A stretch of 64,000 nucleotides of DNA from Selaginella moellendorffii (lineage: Eukaryota > Plantae > Lycopodiophyta). The stretch is taken from positions 1,879,374 through 1,943,373 of the forward strand of contig NW_003314282.1 of the NCBI RefSeq assembly GCF_000143415.4. Reading direction: 5' to 3'. A model generated the notes under the pieces. The model made no database searches. It saw only the letters and a program-made list of their open reading frames with translations, and was not told the origin of the DNA. The position numbers and the translations under genes were made by a program. Below are positions 48,038 to 59,700 of this stretch, in pieces; within the stretch, counting starts at the first letter, position 1, and every line of letters begins with the position of its first letter.

Positions 48038-49879
48038 ATGGGACACCGGACGTTACACTGGGCAAATGCGATTCGAGAGGCGCGGGAGTTGGACGACGCG
48101 CGGGCGATCCACTGCAGTATCCCCCCGGCTGACCAGAGCCTCTATCTTGGAAATCTTATCGTCCAGATGTATGGGCGCTGCGGCAGCCCAGACGAGGCTC
48201 GCGCGATGTTTGATTCCATGTCCGCGCACAATCTTTTCTCGTGGTCTCTTATGCTTACTGTGTATTCCGATCAAGGGAATGCCCACGGCGCCAAGAACGT
48301 CTTTGACAGTGCGCTCGAGAGGAACATAGTAACGTGGACTGTGATGCTAGCTGCATATACCAACATCGGGCATTTTGAAGAGGCGAAGAATGTGTTTGCC
48401 GTGATGCCCGAGTGGAACGTATTTTCATGGAACACACTCCTAAAAGCTTTTATACTTAACGGAGAGTTTGATCAAGCCAAGAAGATGTTTGAATGTCACC
48501 CAAACCGCGATGTCGTCTCTTGGTCTTTGATGATCCAAGCGTTTACCGACGGAAGGCATCTTGATGTTGTCAAATCTCTCTTTGATGCTATGCCGGGATG
48601 GGATGTGGTGGCCTACAACGGCGTGATCGCGTGCTATGGAGTCAATGGTCACATAGAAGCGGCGATGTCGGTGTTTGATTCAATGCCGGAGAGGAGTGTT
48701 CTCTCATGGAATGCCGCGATGGCAGCGTTCTCCCAGCTTGGCAAACAATCGCTTGGGAGCGTGAGGGATCTATTCCATGCGGCCCCGGAGAAAACAATCG
48801 TCACCTACAACTCGCTGCTCCAAGCCTGTGCGGCAGCCCTAGAGATAGAGCACACAAAAAATCTCTTTGACAAGATGCCCGAGTGGGACATTGTCTCATG
48901 GAACATACTTCTTGCCGCATTTGCCGAAAACAAGCAACTTGATCTTGTGAAGGATTGCTTTCGCAGAATGCCCGAATCGGATATAGTGTCCTGGTATTTG
49001 ATGCTCACGACGCTTGCGCAGAGCGATCGCGTGGAGGAATGCAAGGAATTCTTCGACAAGATGCCGGAGTGGCATCTTGGGTGTTGGAGCTCTCTTTTGA
49101 GCGCGCTTGCCCGGGCAAGGCAAGATGAAGCCACGATCACGGTGTTTCATTCGATGCCTCGCCACGATCTCGCGAGCTTTACGACGATGATCGCGCTCCA
49201 CAACTGGGAATCCGCGAGAATTCTTTTCGACGCGATGCCGGAGAGGGATACCGTGGCTTGGAACGCGATGATGAGCGCTTACGCCAGGAGCTCTCTGTTC
49301 CAGCACGCGATGGAGATGTTCTACAGCAATCCCGAGAGAAATCTCGAGTCGTGGAATGTGTTTCTCGCAATCCAGGCGCGCAGCGGCGACCTGATGCGCG
49401 CGAGGAGGACATTCGATCGGATGGAGCAGCGCGATTCCATTTCGTGGAGCACCGTGATCGAGGGTTTTGCGCAACACGGCGAGGGCGCGGACGCGGCCAT
49501 GGAGCTCTTATCGGCGATGAAGATGGAGGGCGAGAGGATCTGCGAGGTGATCGTGACGAGCGCTCTATCGTCGTGCATCCACCAGGGTCTGCTGGCCCGA
49601 GCGTGGCAAATCTTTACCGGAATGAGCACGGATTTTGGGCTGTGCCCCGTGAAAGATCACTACTGCTCCATGGTCGCGATCCTAGGTCGCGCTGGAAAAC
49701 TGGCCGAGGCCGAGGAGCTCACGAAATCGATGCCATTCGAGCCAGATTTTGCGGCCTGGGGCGCGCTTGTGGCGTCGGTCGATCAGAATCGTGCGAGATC
49801 AGGAATGCTGCTGCTCGGTTCCACCGCTGCCTGTGATGCCGGATCGCATGCGTTGCTCGCAAACACGATCATAAGATAG
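48038..49879 (+). CDS. PLS-class PPR protein with E domain, no DYW (613 aa, intronless)
   Basis: Tandem ~31-aa FDxMPEx(N/D)xVSWN repeats; C-terminal HYCSMVAILGRAG..AEE..MPFEPD..WGAL. Confidence 0.92.
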   Translation: MGHRTLHWANAIREARELDDARAIHCSIPPADQSLYLGNLIVQMYGRCGSPDEARAMFDSMSAHNLFSWSLMLTVYSDQGNAHGAKNVFDSALERNIVTWTVMLAAYTNIGHFEEAKNVFAVMPEWNVFSWNTLLKAFILNGEFDQAKKMFECHPNRDVVSWSLMIQAFTDGRHLDVVKSLFDAMPGWDVVAYNGVIACYGVNGHIEAAMSVFDSMPERSVLSWNAAMAAFSQLGKQSLGSVRDLFHAAPEKTIVTYNSLLQACAAALEIEHTKNLFDKMPEWDIVSWNILLAAFAENKQLDLVKDCFRRMPESDIVSWYLMLTTLAQSDRVEECKEFFDKMPEWHLGCWSSLLSALARARQDEATITVFHSMPRHDLASFTTMIALHNWESARILFDAMPERDTVAWNAMMSAYARSSLFQHAMEMFYSNPERNLESWNVFLAIQARSGDLMRARRTFDRMEQRDSISWSTVIEGFAQHGEGADAAMELLSAMKMEGERICEVIVTSALSSCIHQGLLARAWQIFTGMSTDFGLCPVKDHYCSMVAILGRAGKLAEAEELTKSMPFEPDFAAWGALVASVDQNRARSGMLLLGSTAACDAGSHALLANTIIR

Positions 49880-49885
49880 GGGTCC

Positions 49886-52300
49886 ATGGTCCTTGTTCTT
49901 GAGCTCGAAATATCCATCTTCCAGCCAAGGGCAAGCGAAAGATCTCTCGAATTCTTCGCTGCGGGGCTGAAATCTTGTGGAAATGCGAGCGATCTGCCTG
50001 CCGCAAGGGAGATCCATGCCCAGATCGCCCGTAGCGAGCATCGCCACAGCCGCTACCTCGCGAATCTGGCGATGGAAATGTATGGCAAATGTGGGCGACC
50101 CGACGAAGCACGGATTGTTCTTGAGAGCATCCTCGAGCCAAACGTTTTTTCGTGGACAATCATGCTCAATGCTTACGCCCATAACGGATTGATCGATGAG
50201 ACCAAGTGGTTCTTCGATCAAATGCCCGAAAGAAACATCGTGGCCTGGTCTGCCATGATCAAAGCCTTTGCCTCAATAGGGCATGTTTGCGACGCTCAAT
50301 TGGTGTTTGATCGAATGCCTGGATGGAATGTGATTACCTGGAATGTGATGATCGCTGCGTACGTAGATCATGGACACTTCCAAAAATCAAAAGAACTCTT
50401 TGATTCAATGCTGGAGCGTGATCTTGTCTCGTGGCTCAAGATGCTCCAAGCATTTGCCTTCTGTGGGGAAATTAATCGCGCGAAGGAGATTTTTGATAGA
50501 ATGCCCGAGCACAGCGTAGAATCAGCAACCGCAATGCTGGTTGCAAGTTCCCAGGGCGGTGATCTAGTCGCTTCCAAGAAACTCTTTGATTCCATTCCAA
50601 ATCCATCCCTGGTTTCTTGGAACTCAATGATCGCCGCATTTGCCAGCGGCGGCAAATCCACCATAGCCAAGCTCATGTTTGATACTCTTCCACAGAGAAA
50701 CATAGCCTCGTGGAATATACTCCTCCACGAGCACTCTCACGGTGGGAATCTCCACGAAACTCATCGCTTCTTCGGTGAGATGCCAGAGTGGGACGTGATG
50801 AGCTGGAATTCGCTGATTCGCGCCTATGGCATCCATGGAATCTCCCGCGAGGCAAAGCTCCGGTTCGATTCCATGCCCGCGAGGGATCCAATGACGTGGG
50901 CTCTACTGATGCAGGTATATGCCCAGGACGGGAACATTCTGCTAGCCAAGGCTCTGTTTGAGAATATGCCAGAGCACACGGTGGCGGCGTGGAACGCGCT
51001 GCTAACGGTATATACCCGAAATGGGAATCTCGAGCGAGCCAAGGAGGTGTTTGAGAGAATGCCCGAGAGAGATACGGTGGCTGGGAACGAGATGATCGCG
51101 GCATTGTCTCGCAATGGGGAGCTCCGAGCAGCACTCGATCTCTTCAATCGGATGGAGCACTGGCGAGACATTGTGTCGTGGAATTCGATCCTGGCGGGAT
51201 TGATCCACGCGGGGCAGATCCAAGACGCGGAGCTCCTGTTCGCGCAGATGCCTCGCTGCGACGTTGTGACATGCAACACGATGATCGCCGCGAGCTCCCG
51301 GCTGGCGGATTCGGCCAAGATCTTCGAGGCGATGCTGGAGAGGGACGTGATCTCCTGGACCGCAATGCTGGGCGCCCTCGGGAGGGGCGATCGCCTGGAG
51401 GAAGCCAAGCTCCTGTTCGATCGGAGAATGCCCGAGTGGAGCCTCGTGTCGTGGAACGAGCTCCTGGCGGCCTTCTCGCGCTCCAGCGGCACGATCGAAA
51501 TCGCCGCTTCCATCTTCGCGCGCATGCCCGAGAGGGACACCATCTCCTGGAATTCCCTCATCACGGCCTACGTCCGGAGCGGCGACTTCAGCAGCGCCAA
51601 GAACGCATTCGATCGAGTCCCAGCGCCCGACGTCGTCTCGTGCAACGCGATGATCGCCGGATTCGTGGAGAATGGACACTTCGTCCAGGCGGAGATGATG
51701 TACGGCTCCATGAGCCAGCGCGACAGGGTGACACACAACACCATGATCGCGCTCTACGCACGGAACGGGGATATGCCAACCGCGAGGAGGATATTCGATG
51801 GTATGCCCGAGCGGGACATGGCGTGCTGGGCGGGCGTGATCTCGGGGTATGCCCAGGCCGGGCATCCCCGCGACGCGATCGATCTCTTCCGGGCGATGGA
51901 GATGGAAGGCCTGGCACCCAACGAATTCCTCTTCACGGACATCTTGAGCGCTTGCAACCACACGGGACTGGTCCGTGAGAGCTGGCGCTACTTTGCGCTC
52001 ATGGCCAGGGAGCACGCGATTCCTCCCTCGATCCAGCACTTTTGCCTGATGATCGATGCGCTGGGACGATCCGGGAGGCTGGACGAAGCCCAGGATGTGA
52101 TCCAGGCGATGCCGTTTTTCCCCGATGGAGTTGCGCTAAACACTTACCTTGGGTCGTGTAAGATCCACCACGATTCACAGGGAGCCGCGAGCATAGCCCG
52201 GCAAGCGATTATAGGAGGAAGATTAGCGGGAAAGAATGTAGAAGAAACCATAGCCGCGCCTCATGTTCTATTGTCAAACATTTATATGGCGATCAAGTGA
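49886..52300 (+). CDS. PLS-class PPR protein with E domain, no DYW (804 aa, intronless)
   Basis: MYGKCG, about 19 S-type repeats, LSACNHTG, HFCLMIDALGRSGRL, HVLLSNIY. Confidence 0.93.
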   Translation: MVLVLELEISIFQPRASERSLEFFAAGLKSCGNASDLPAAREIHAQIARSEHRHSRYLANLAMEMYGKCGRPDEARIVLESILEPNVFSWTIMLNAYAHNGLIDETKWFFDQMPERNIVAWSAMIKAFASIGHVCDAQLVFDRMPGWNVITWNVMIAAYVDHGHFQKSKELFDSMLERDLVSWLKMLQAFAFCGEINRAKEIFDRMPEHSVESATAMLVASSQGGDLVASKKLFDSIPNPSLVSWNSMIAAFASGGKSTIAKLMFDTLPQRNIASWNILLHEHSHGGNLHETHRFFGEMPEWDVMSWNSLIRAYGIHGISREAKLRFDSMPARDPMTWALLMQVYAQDGNILLAKALFENMPEHTVAAWNALLTVYTRNGNLERAKEVFERMPERDTVAGNEMIAALSRNGELRAALDLFNRMEHWRDIVSWNSILAGLIHAGQIQDAELLFAQMPRCDVVTCNTMIAASSRLADSAKIFEAMLERDVISWTAMLGALGRGDRLEEAKLLFDRRMPEWSLVSWNELLAAFSRSSGTIEIAASIFARMPERDTISWNSLITAYVRSGDFSSAKNAFDRVPAPDVVSCNAMIAGFVENGHFVQAEMMYGSMSQRDRVTHNTMIALYARNGDMPTARRIFDGMPERDMACWAGVISGYAQAGHPRDAIDLFRAMEMEGLAPNEFLFTDILSACNHTGLVRESWRYFALMAREHAIPPSIQHFCLMIDALGRSGRLDEAQDVIQAMPFFPDGVALNTYLGSCKIHHDSQGAASIARQAIIGGRLAGKNVEETIAAPHVLLSNIYMAIK

Positions 52301-52691
52301 AAGATCTCAGGTGAAAAAATGTTACTGTCAAGTCAATCATAGAGGTTTACCAATGTCTGTGAGATCGTAGACAACCTTGGAAGAATAGAAAACCTTGCTA
52401 GAAAATCTAGGACACAGTTGATTACATTAGAAACAAAGCAAAAGATAATACAAATTAATCTATGTTGCTTGCATTGACCACCTTCTTCACAATAAAAGCC
52501 TGTCCGGCAGGTTTGAATGATGAAAGAGAGGATATTCCCTCGCACATAACACACAGCACGGAGAGATGTCTTTCTTCTTCCTTCCAGGTGTGAAGGAGGA
52601 AGGGATCCTTTTTTCTTTTCAGCTATGGAGGAGTAGGAAGCAGCAAAAGAAGTGTAAAAGACTTGGTGGCTAGAACACAGAGAGGACTCAC

Positions 52692-53323
52692 CTAGAGAAG
52701 AGCGACGGCCTCCTCGGGTGGAGCGGGAGAGCTGCTAGTTTTGGTCGCGGCGCCGGCGGCCAGAGGAGTGGCAATGCTCCATACGAATCCATACGGATCC
52801 ACAACCTTGCCATACCTCTGGCCCCAAGGCTGATCGCTCACTTCCTCGCTCACTTTGGCTCCAGCCTCAATCGCCCTCTTGATCGCCGCCTCCGCATTGT
52901 TAGTCTGGAGGTGGAGGATCGCAGTGGTGGCCTCCACGCTGCTTGGGGGCTTCACGCTGATCGAAAGAGCGCCAGTTAGAAGAAGAAAAAAGGGGGGGAA
53001 AGAACTAGAACCGAGGAGGAAGAGGAAACTTACTTTGGGCCAGCGTCCGCGGTATCGTCGCACACCATAATCTCCGCGGCCCCAAACTTGAGATGGGCGT
53101 GGAGGATGAGGGGAACGTCCTGGTCGGCCTTGCGCTTGGGATGGTGCGATTTCGCGACCTCCTCGGCACCAAAGGCCTTCTTGTAGAACTCGATGGCGTC
53201 GCTGGCGTGCGGCGCCTGAACGAAGAGATGGGGCAGGAGCTGCTCGTACACGATCTCACCGTGGCCGCTCCCGCCGTTGACTGCCTGCGCCTCCACGGCC
53301 ATGCCAATCGTAGCGTCCGCCAT
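52692..53323 (-). CDS. VOC/glyoxalase-bleomycin resistance family protein (At5g48480-like), 2 exons
   Basis: Motifs AIEFYKKAFGAEE, ILHAHLK and WGQRYGKVVDPYGFVWSIA; GT-AG intron at 52957-53033. Confidence 0.88.
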
Positions 53324-53699
53324 CGCCGCCCTAGGAGCTAGCTCTCTCCCCTCGCAAAAAACCCTCGCCTTCTTAGCGCTCGCCTCGCGCAAAGAAAGAA
53401 AGAAGGAAGACGCGAAAAAATGGAAAATGTGGTGAAATAAAAGGGAGCTATTATCAAACGGCTGTTTCTTTTGCGCCTTGTGGCCACAGCAGATGTAGCG
53501 GCTCACAGTAATCAGCGTCCACCACGTGGACGACCTTCCCGTTTGGAACGTGTTTACCGCGCGTGAGACACCGACGGCCGCGATTGCGCCACCGTGTCAG
53601 TGGAAGGACTGCCACGTGTTTGCTCCGGAGCGCTTGCCATCCGACGGCTGGCAGCCTGGCTCTTCTTCTTTGTATCTTTCACTGGAGCATGCCACTGCA

Positions 53700-55346
53700 G
53701 CTCCACCCTGGGAACTCGGACGATTTTAACTGTTCGTATGCGTCTGCCAGCTCTTGTTCTTGGCAGTGGAGCTCTTCTCGGTGGAAATTTTGCTGCTCAA
53801 TCTTAAGGTGGCGATCGCGATCATCCTGCCATTTGGATTCCATCCATCAGAGTCAGTGAAGGAAAAGAGAGAGACAAATGGTTTTAAAGTACCCTGCGAG
53901 CTTTTGTGGCTTTGGATTTGACGGGTGCGGCGGCGGTTGTGAGATGCTGTAGCTCTTGACGAAATGCCTCATTGTCAATGCACAGCTGATTCATCGCCGA
54001 CCAACAGAGCTGTGGATGAGGCACGAAAGTCAAAGGTTAGCAAACAAAAACCATGAATGAGTTTGAATGAAGAAACACTTGCATTGATGTTGATCCGGTT
54101 CTCCTCGCACTGCTTCCGCAAATCGTCTGCCGACACCTGAATTGATCATCAAGGAACAACACGCTGCTGCCAGTGTGACGATCAAGAACACCAACTTCGC
54201 TAAAGCAAACCACATTAATACCAACCATGATGCGTTGGAGCTCCACGCTCTGATCCGGAACTTTAGAAACTTTCCTTGGCTTTTTCTTGGACGAAGCCAG
54301 CCTTTGGAGCTCCTTCTCGACCTTCTTCACGGCAGCATCAGTCCTGATATGAAGCGTAAATCCTCGCAGTCGAGAAAAGAAAGTATAACATCTATACCTT
54401 TCCATATGATTTTCTATGCCCGACATGAAACTCCGCAACTTCTTCTCGATCTTCGTACTAGTCTGCTTCACGCGAGTGGGAAGAGCCTGTCGCAAAGACT
54501 TCCATAAGAGATCTAAAGCAACATTAAAAGAAAAACTGTTCTTCTTACCTGGGAGTGATCGTGTTCTTTCGTAGCTTTGGACAAGCTCTCCATCCTTCCT
54601 AACCGAGCAAGAACGTCTCTCAGCACATCCATCTCCAATCCCTGCGCGGCGGAGCGATCGTCCTTCTCCTCTCTCGCCGACGACTTCGACCGTGGCCGCT
54701 GCTTGGAGGCCTCGTCGGACTTTTGTAGCATCTCCTCCAATCCATTGAGCTGGCCTCGCAGATCAAACCCATGCTTGTTGCTGGAATCCCTGGGAGTACT
54801 TCTCACAGAAGCCGAGATGTCCCTGGGAGTGTTCCTCATCGATCCAGCGTCTTTAAACACAGAAGCATCAAGATCCAGCCAGTTCCTCCTGTAGGGCGAG
54901 GAAATCCACTTCCTGGAAGCCAGAAATCCACCGCTCGCATTCTCTGCCGGGAGCTTGGCATCCAGAGAGCGCAAAATCTCTCCCAGATGCCGGATCTTGT
55001 CGGGCAGCCGGCTGCTGCTCATGGATGCCGCCATTGGCAGCAGCGCCCTAGGGCTCGCGCTAGAATGCTGCTGGACAGCTGCCGCGGGAAGCCCCAGGGA
55101 GATCCATCGCGGATCTTGGACAGACCTGGCCTGGAACAACGGCGGCGGGATAGATTTCGGTCCATCGAGCTCCGCGATGACGGATTTCACCTCCGGCTGC
55201 TCTTGCTTGCAAGAATCGTCGCCTCCGGCGGCACGGCCAGGGCTTGCACCACCGATCGCTTGGCGCCGCGGCGAATCGGTCCGGGGCACGAAGCAATCGA
55301 GATTGAGCTTCATCGCATTCCCGCTTTTGAAGATCATTCCTTTCAC
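53700..55346 (-). CDS. Multi-exon gene of unknown function
   Basis: A 277-aa ORF ending at a GTAAG donor (~54549), plus downstream coding-like ORFs with a hydrophobic segment. Both ends are uncertain. Confidence 0.45.
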
Positions 55347-56712
55347 AAAGGAACGACCTTCGGGTGACGTGTCATAGTGTGATTCGCTCTCCTCCAGTGA
55401 CGGTTATACACGGTGTTCTAGCGAACGAAAGCCTTCGCGCGACACTGAAAGGTCAAGATTCGCAAGACAAAGAATTTGTATAAAGATCATCAAGCGATCA
55501 AGAAAGAGCGAGGCAACTAGTTATGTTCTCCGCTTGGTAGCATCTCAAGCGATCGAGCAAACCGCGAGAACTCTGGGGTAAGTGATCGCATTGGCCTTCT
55601 CTGTTGTCAATCCCGCGGATCAAGCTTGTCAATCCTGGATTAAGCTATGGCAAGTAAGAAGAAAGGAAAGAGAAAAAACTTCTGAGGAGACGAAACCATT
55701 CTCTCGTAGAATAGATCTCGATCGCAGGGACTATGTAACCGGCAATCACAGAGTTCCAGGGAACAATGTCTTTGATTCTCCAGGGCATATAAAATGCAGC
55801 ATTTCTCAAAAACGGCATCCGCAATCACTCTACTATTCTAATTGGCTCTGCCTATACCCCGATTTTCCCTTCCCCACTAGGGCTTACACATAACTCTTTG
55901 GCATGAATACTCGTGTTTCAGTCTCAACACCCAAGTGTTGCTGCCAGCCGCGTTCCTCGCATAGTTTTGGTGGTGGAAGGCTTTGCCATAGGTGCATGGA
56001 CTCTAGTATTTTTGTAATTAATGATCCATACAAGATTTTCCTAGAATTGAACTGCCCAGCCTTATAAGACAACTTTGGCAATTACCCAAGTGAGGCTTAT
56101 ATATTTCTTGCAAAAATATTTAGATTATAGTTATACAATTGCATTAGAAATTTTCACTGATTCCTCGTGGAGAGCTATTAATAGTCTAGTCTAATCACAT
56201 TAGTAAAATCGCTGTAAAATCTCTCCACTGTAGTGATACTGAAAATAGATATTGCGCACCAGAGATGTATGAGAGGGTGGCGAGTGAGAAGTTATAATGT
56301 TTACTTAGTAATAACAAAGTATAGCTAATCTCCTCTATAAAAGATTCATTTCTGAAAGGGGATGGCCAGATGTTACTTAAAACATTTATTAATAGTACCT
56401 TAGAAATGCCAATCCATCATAATAACAAAAATTTTGCACTTACTGTCTTGAGCTCTACTGCTTGAGCTAGCAGCCATTGCAAAGCAATGCAAAACCCTGA
56501 GGGTTGGGAGAAAACATGGCACAGACAACAATGCAGCCATTCATTATCTATTTCGTTATCCTTTGTTTAAGAACTAACCTCAGGCAATAGACCACCGTGC
56601 ATGTAAAGCAGCTGAAAACAACGCACAGAAAACGAACCAAAGCAGAGAAGTTACAAAATCAGTACATTGCTTGGGCTCCCATACTCTTATTAATAAATAT
56701 AGTTACAAGCAT

Positions 56713-59700
56713 TTAAACCCAAGGCCATTTCATCCCTGCAGATGCTTTCGCCTTCTCTAGAGCTTCTACAGCTCTAGACTTTGCTTCTTCAGCTGCTTCA
56801 TCCACCACGTCACTAACAAGAGCGTCACCAACACTAGCACTTGAAGTCTGTGGCATTCTGTAGAGTGCTAAGTCAATACAAACTCGGAAACAGGAAAAGC
56901 TTACTTGTGTTTCTTTGGAACTTCCTTTACAGCCTCTACTCTTGGCGGCCTGGGCATTGGAGAGGCTGGCGGCTTTAAGTCCTCATACCTGATTAATGTC
57001 CATTAATTTCGAGGATAGTCAGCAGCCATAAGAAACGATAAGAAACGAACCTGGCATAAGGTGATAAAGGTCGTGACAATGACACGATTGGTGTTGGACT
57101 GCATAGGAAGGAAAAGAAAAGAAATGATCTGCCAGTGCTGAAGTAGAAACTTGTACCTCGGGGTAGCCTTTAGCTCGAGTGATGATTGTGAGCTTCCAGA
57201 GTTGATTTTCACGTCCTCGGTGCTTGCATTCCAACGCCAGGAAAGTGCGGCTCTTGCTTTTGCAAGAGCAGCCTCTTCTCTTTCTTTCACTGTGGCAACC
57301 GAGAAATCTGGCTGTTCGTTGTCATCTGCTTCCGTCGCAAGCTTTTCTTCGATCTTCCCCAGAGGCTTTTCTGCTATCTTCTCGAGAGGTCCCGGTTCCT
57401 CGGCGGCCTTTTGCACCGTCTTCGGAGGCTGGGGCGTTGGAGAAGTTGGAGGCTTCCAGTCGGGATAGCTGCAGAAAAATAGGTACTGTATCAATGCCAA
57501 GAATGAAAAAGAAAAACGTTTCTTCACCTGGGATACGGGGAAAGTGGCCTTGAACTGATAATAGGTGGAGTATCCACCTGGATTGCCTCGACCACCTTCT
57601 TCTTTGGTTCATCCTTCTCCACCTTCTTCTCTCCCTTCTTCTCTCCAGCAGAAGCTACTTTCCAGGGCCAAACAAAAGCTGTTGCTGCTTTAGCCTTTGC
57701 CAGGGAATCTAGTTCTCGTTCCTTCACCCTTTGGGGATCAAACTGCACAGCCTCTGAATCAAGTTTGCCTTTGTCTTCCAAAACTATTTCTTTCTCGGGC
57801 GAAGAAGTCTCTGGAGCGCGACTGTCTCTGGAGGCAGTTGTAGCCGCAGCCTCAATTGCGTCCTCAGCTTCTTTTGGAATCACACTGCGGTGCAAAGCTT
57901 GACAATCTATATCAAAAGCTGCAAATATACCTGGGACTGTCATCGTCTGTTGCAATGCTATCTTCCGATGGCTCTTCTTGTTTCTCTTCTTGAATCACAC
58001 TGCAATGCAAATTTCATAAATCATAACTCCAGGGAAACTGCAAAGTTACCTGGATTGATCTTTTCTTGCTGCATCGTTAACTGTTTCTACAGCTTCTTTT
58101 TGACTCGCACTGCAAACAAACGAGTTCTTATCATCTTGTTTAGAAAATGTCAAGTACCTGGATAAGATGTCAGAAGCTGACGCTTCACTTTCTCCTTGCA
58201 CATCTGATGTTGGAGTTTCCGTAATATTTTCGTCCTGCCAAGGCCAACGAAACGCTAGATTCGACTTTGCTTTCAAGAGAGAGGCCTCCTCCCTCTCTCG
58301 AGTAGTCATCTCAGCGTTTTCTTTAGTAGCCTGTGGCGCTTCACTTCGTGCTTGATTTGGCACTTCACTGGGTGCCTCGCTCTCACTTGGAGGTTCTGGA
58401 GTCGGAGAGCTAGGAGGCTTGAGATCAGGATATCTGTAAAGAAACAAATATCTATGTTACATGTATTAAGAAAACTAAATTACCGGGGATAAGGAGACAG
58501 AGTTGCTTCTGTGGAAGGTGCCTCTGCTTCTGCTTCTGCTTTTGCTTTCGCTTCGTAAGACCTGACAGAAAACAAGAATAAGGATGTATAAGAACCAAAG
58601 TAGCTTACTTTGCGGTCTCTTTTGGTTGCCAAAACCATCGAAATGGTTGTCGTGCTGGTTCGCTTTCGGTGGTATCCTCCTTCTCCGTCGGTAGAACCTT
58701 TGCCTGGGTTTCATTTGCAGGTTCTGGCTTTGCGTTCTCCACCTTTTTAACAGTCTGCTCGACTTCCTCAGTGGGAATTTCAGGCTTACTTTGAAGCTGC
58801 TCGGATTTTGTTGCCGGCTTGCCTGGAAGCTCTTCAGCAGCCAAATCTTGTGATGTCTTTGTCGGAACGGGCTTTTGAGGTTTTTTTGTCTGAAGCTGGT
58901 CAGCTGTTGCCACTCCTTTTGCTCCTGCTTGAGTTGTTTCTGTGGACTTCTTACTTGGGGGAATCGTTTCCTCCTTCGGTTCATTTTTCACTGATGCTTC
59001 CAAAACCTTGTCCGTTACTTTGGATTTGGCAGTCTCTTTGAGGGAAGCGACTTTCTTTGAAGCTTTCGGAACGGCAGTTTTGGTAATGATTTCCGGTGGC
59101 TGCGACACTTTCTTTGCCTCCGCCTCCAAAATCTTACGCTTTTCTACCTCGCTCAACCTGTAAAACGGTGTGTGATGGAAGAACATCATACATGATGGTA
59201 CATTCACTTACGTTTTCCCTTCTTTGGCTGCTGCAAGTAAAGCTTTGGCGACGGCCTCCGCTTTTGCGGCTGCTTCTTGCGCTTCTTGTGCTTTCTCTGA
59301 CAGTTCGATTCTTTTTCTTTGAAGACTTTTTGCCTCAGCATCTGCAGCCATCTCCTGTTGTTTCAAAGCTGAGAGTTCTTTTGAAATTTTTTGACGTAAT
59401 TCTTGAGTCTTTTTCGCCTCTACGGCCTTTCTTTTCGCCTCATCCTGAGCTCTCTTCGCTTCAGCGGCTTTGCGTTTCGCTTCATTTTGTGCTTCTTTTT
59501 GTTTGAGCTGTTCACTTTCGCGCTTTTCTTCAGCTTTTGTCAATGCCTCTTCATCTTTCCCCTGTAAAAAAGGTTGTAGACTTATGTACGTAACACCGGA
59601 TTTCAACCGTACCTTTACAGCAGCTCGAGCTGGAGTGCTTTTCCTATCAGGTTCGTCCTTCTCACTCTGGGACGGAATTTCTATCAAAAGGTCTTCCAGA

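Noticed and set aside
48053-52039. Long antisense and alternative-frame ORFs over the PPR genes (e.g. 51002-52039, 345 aa)
   Set aside because: Shadow ORFs of GC-rich coding sequence with no recognisable motifs.
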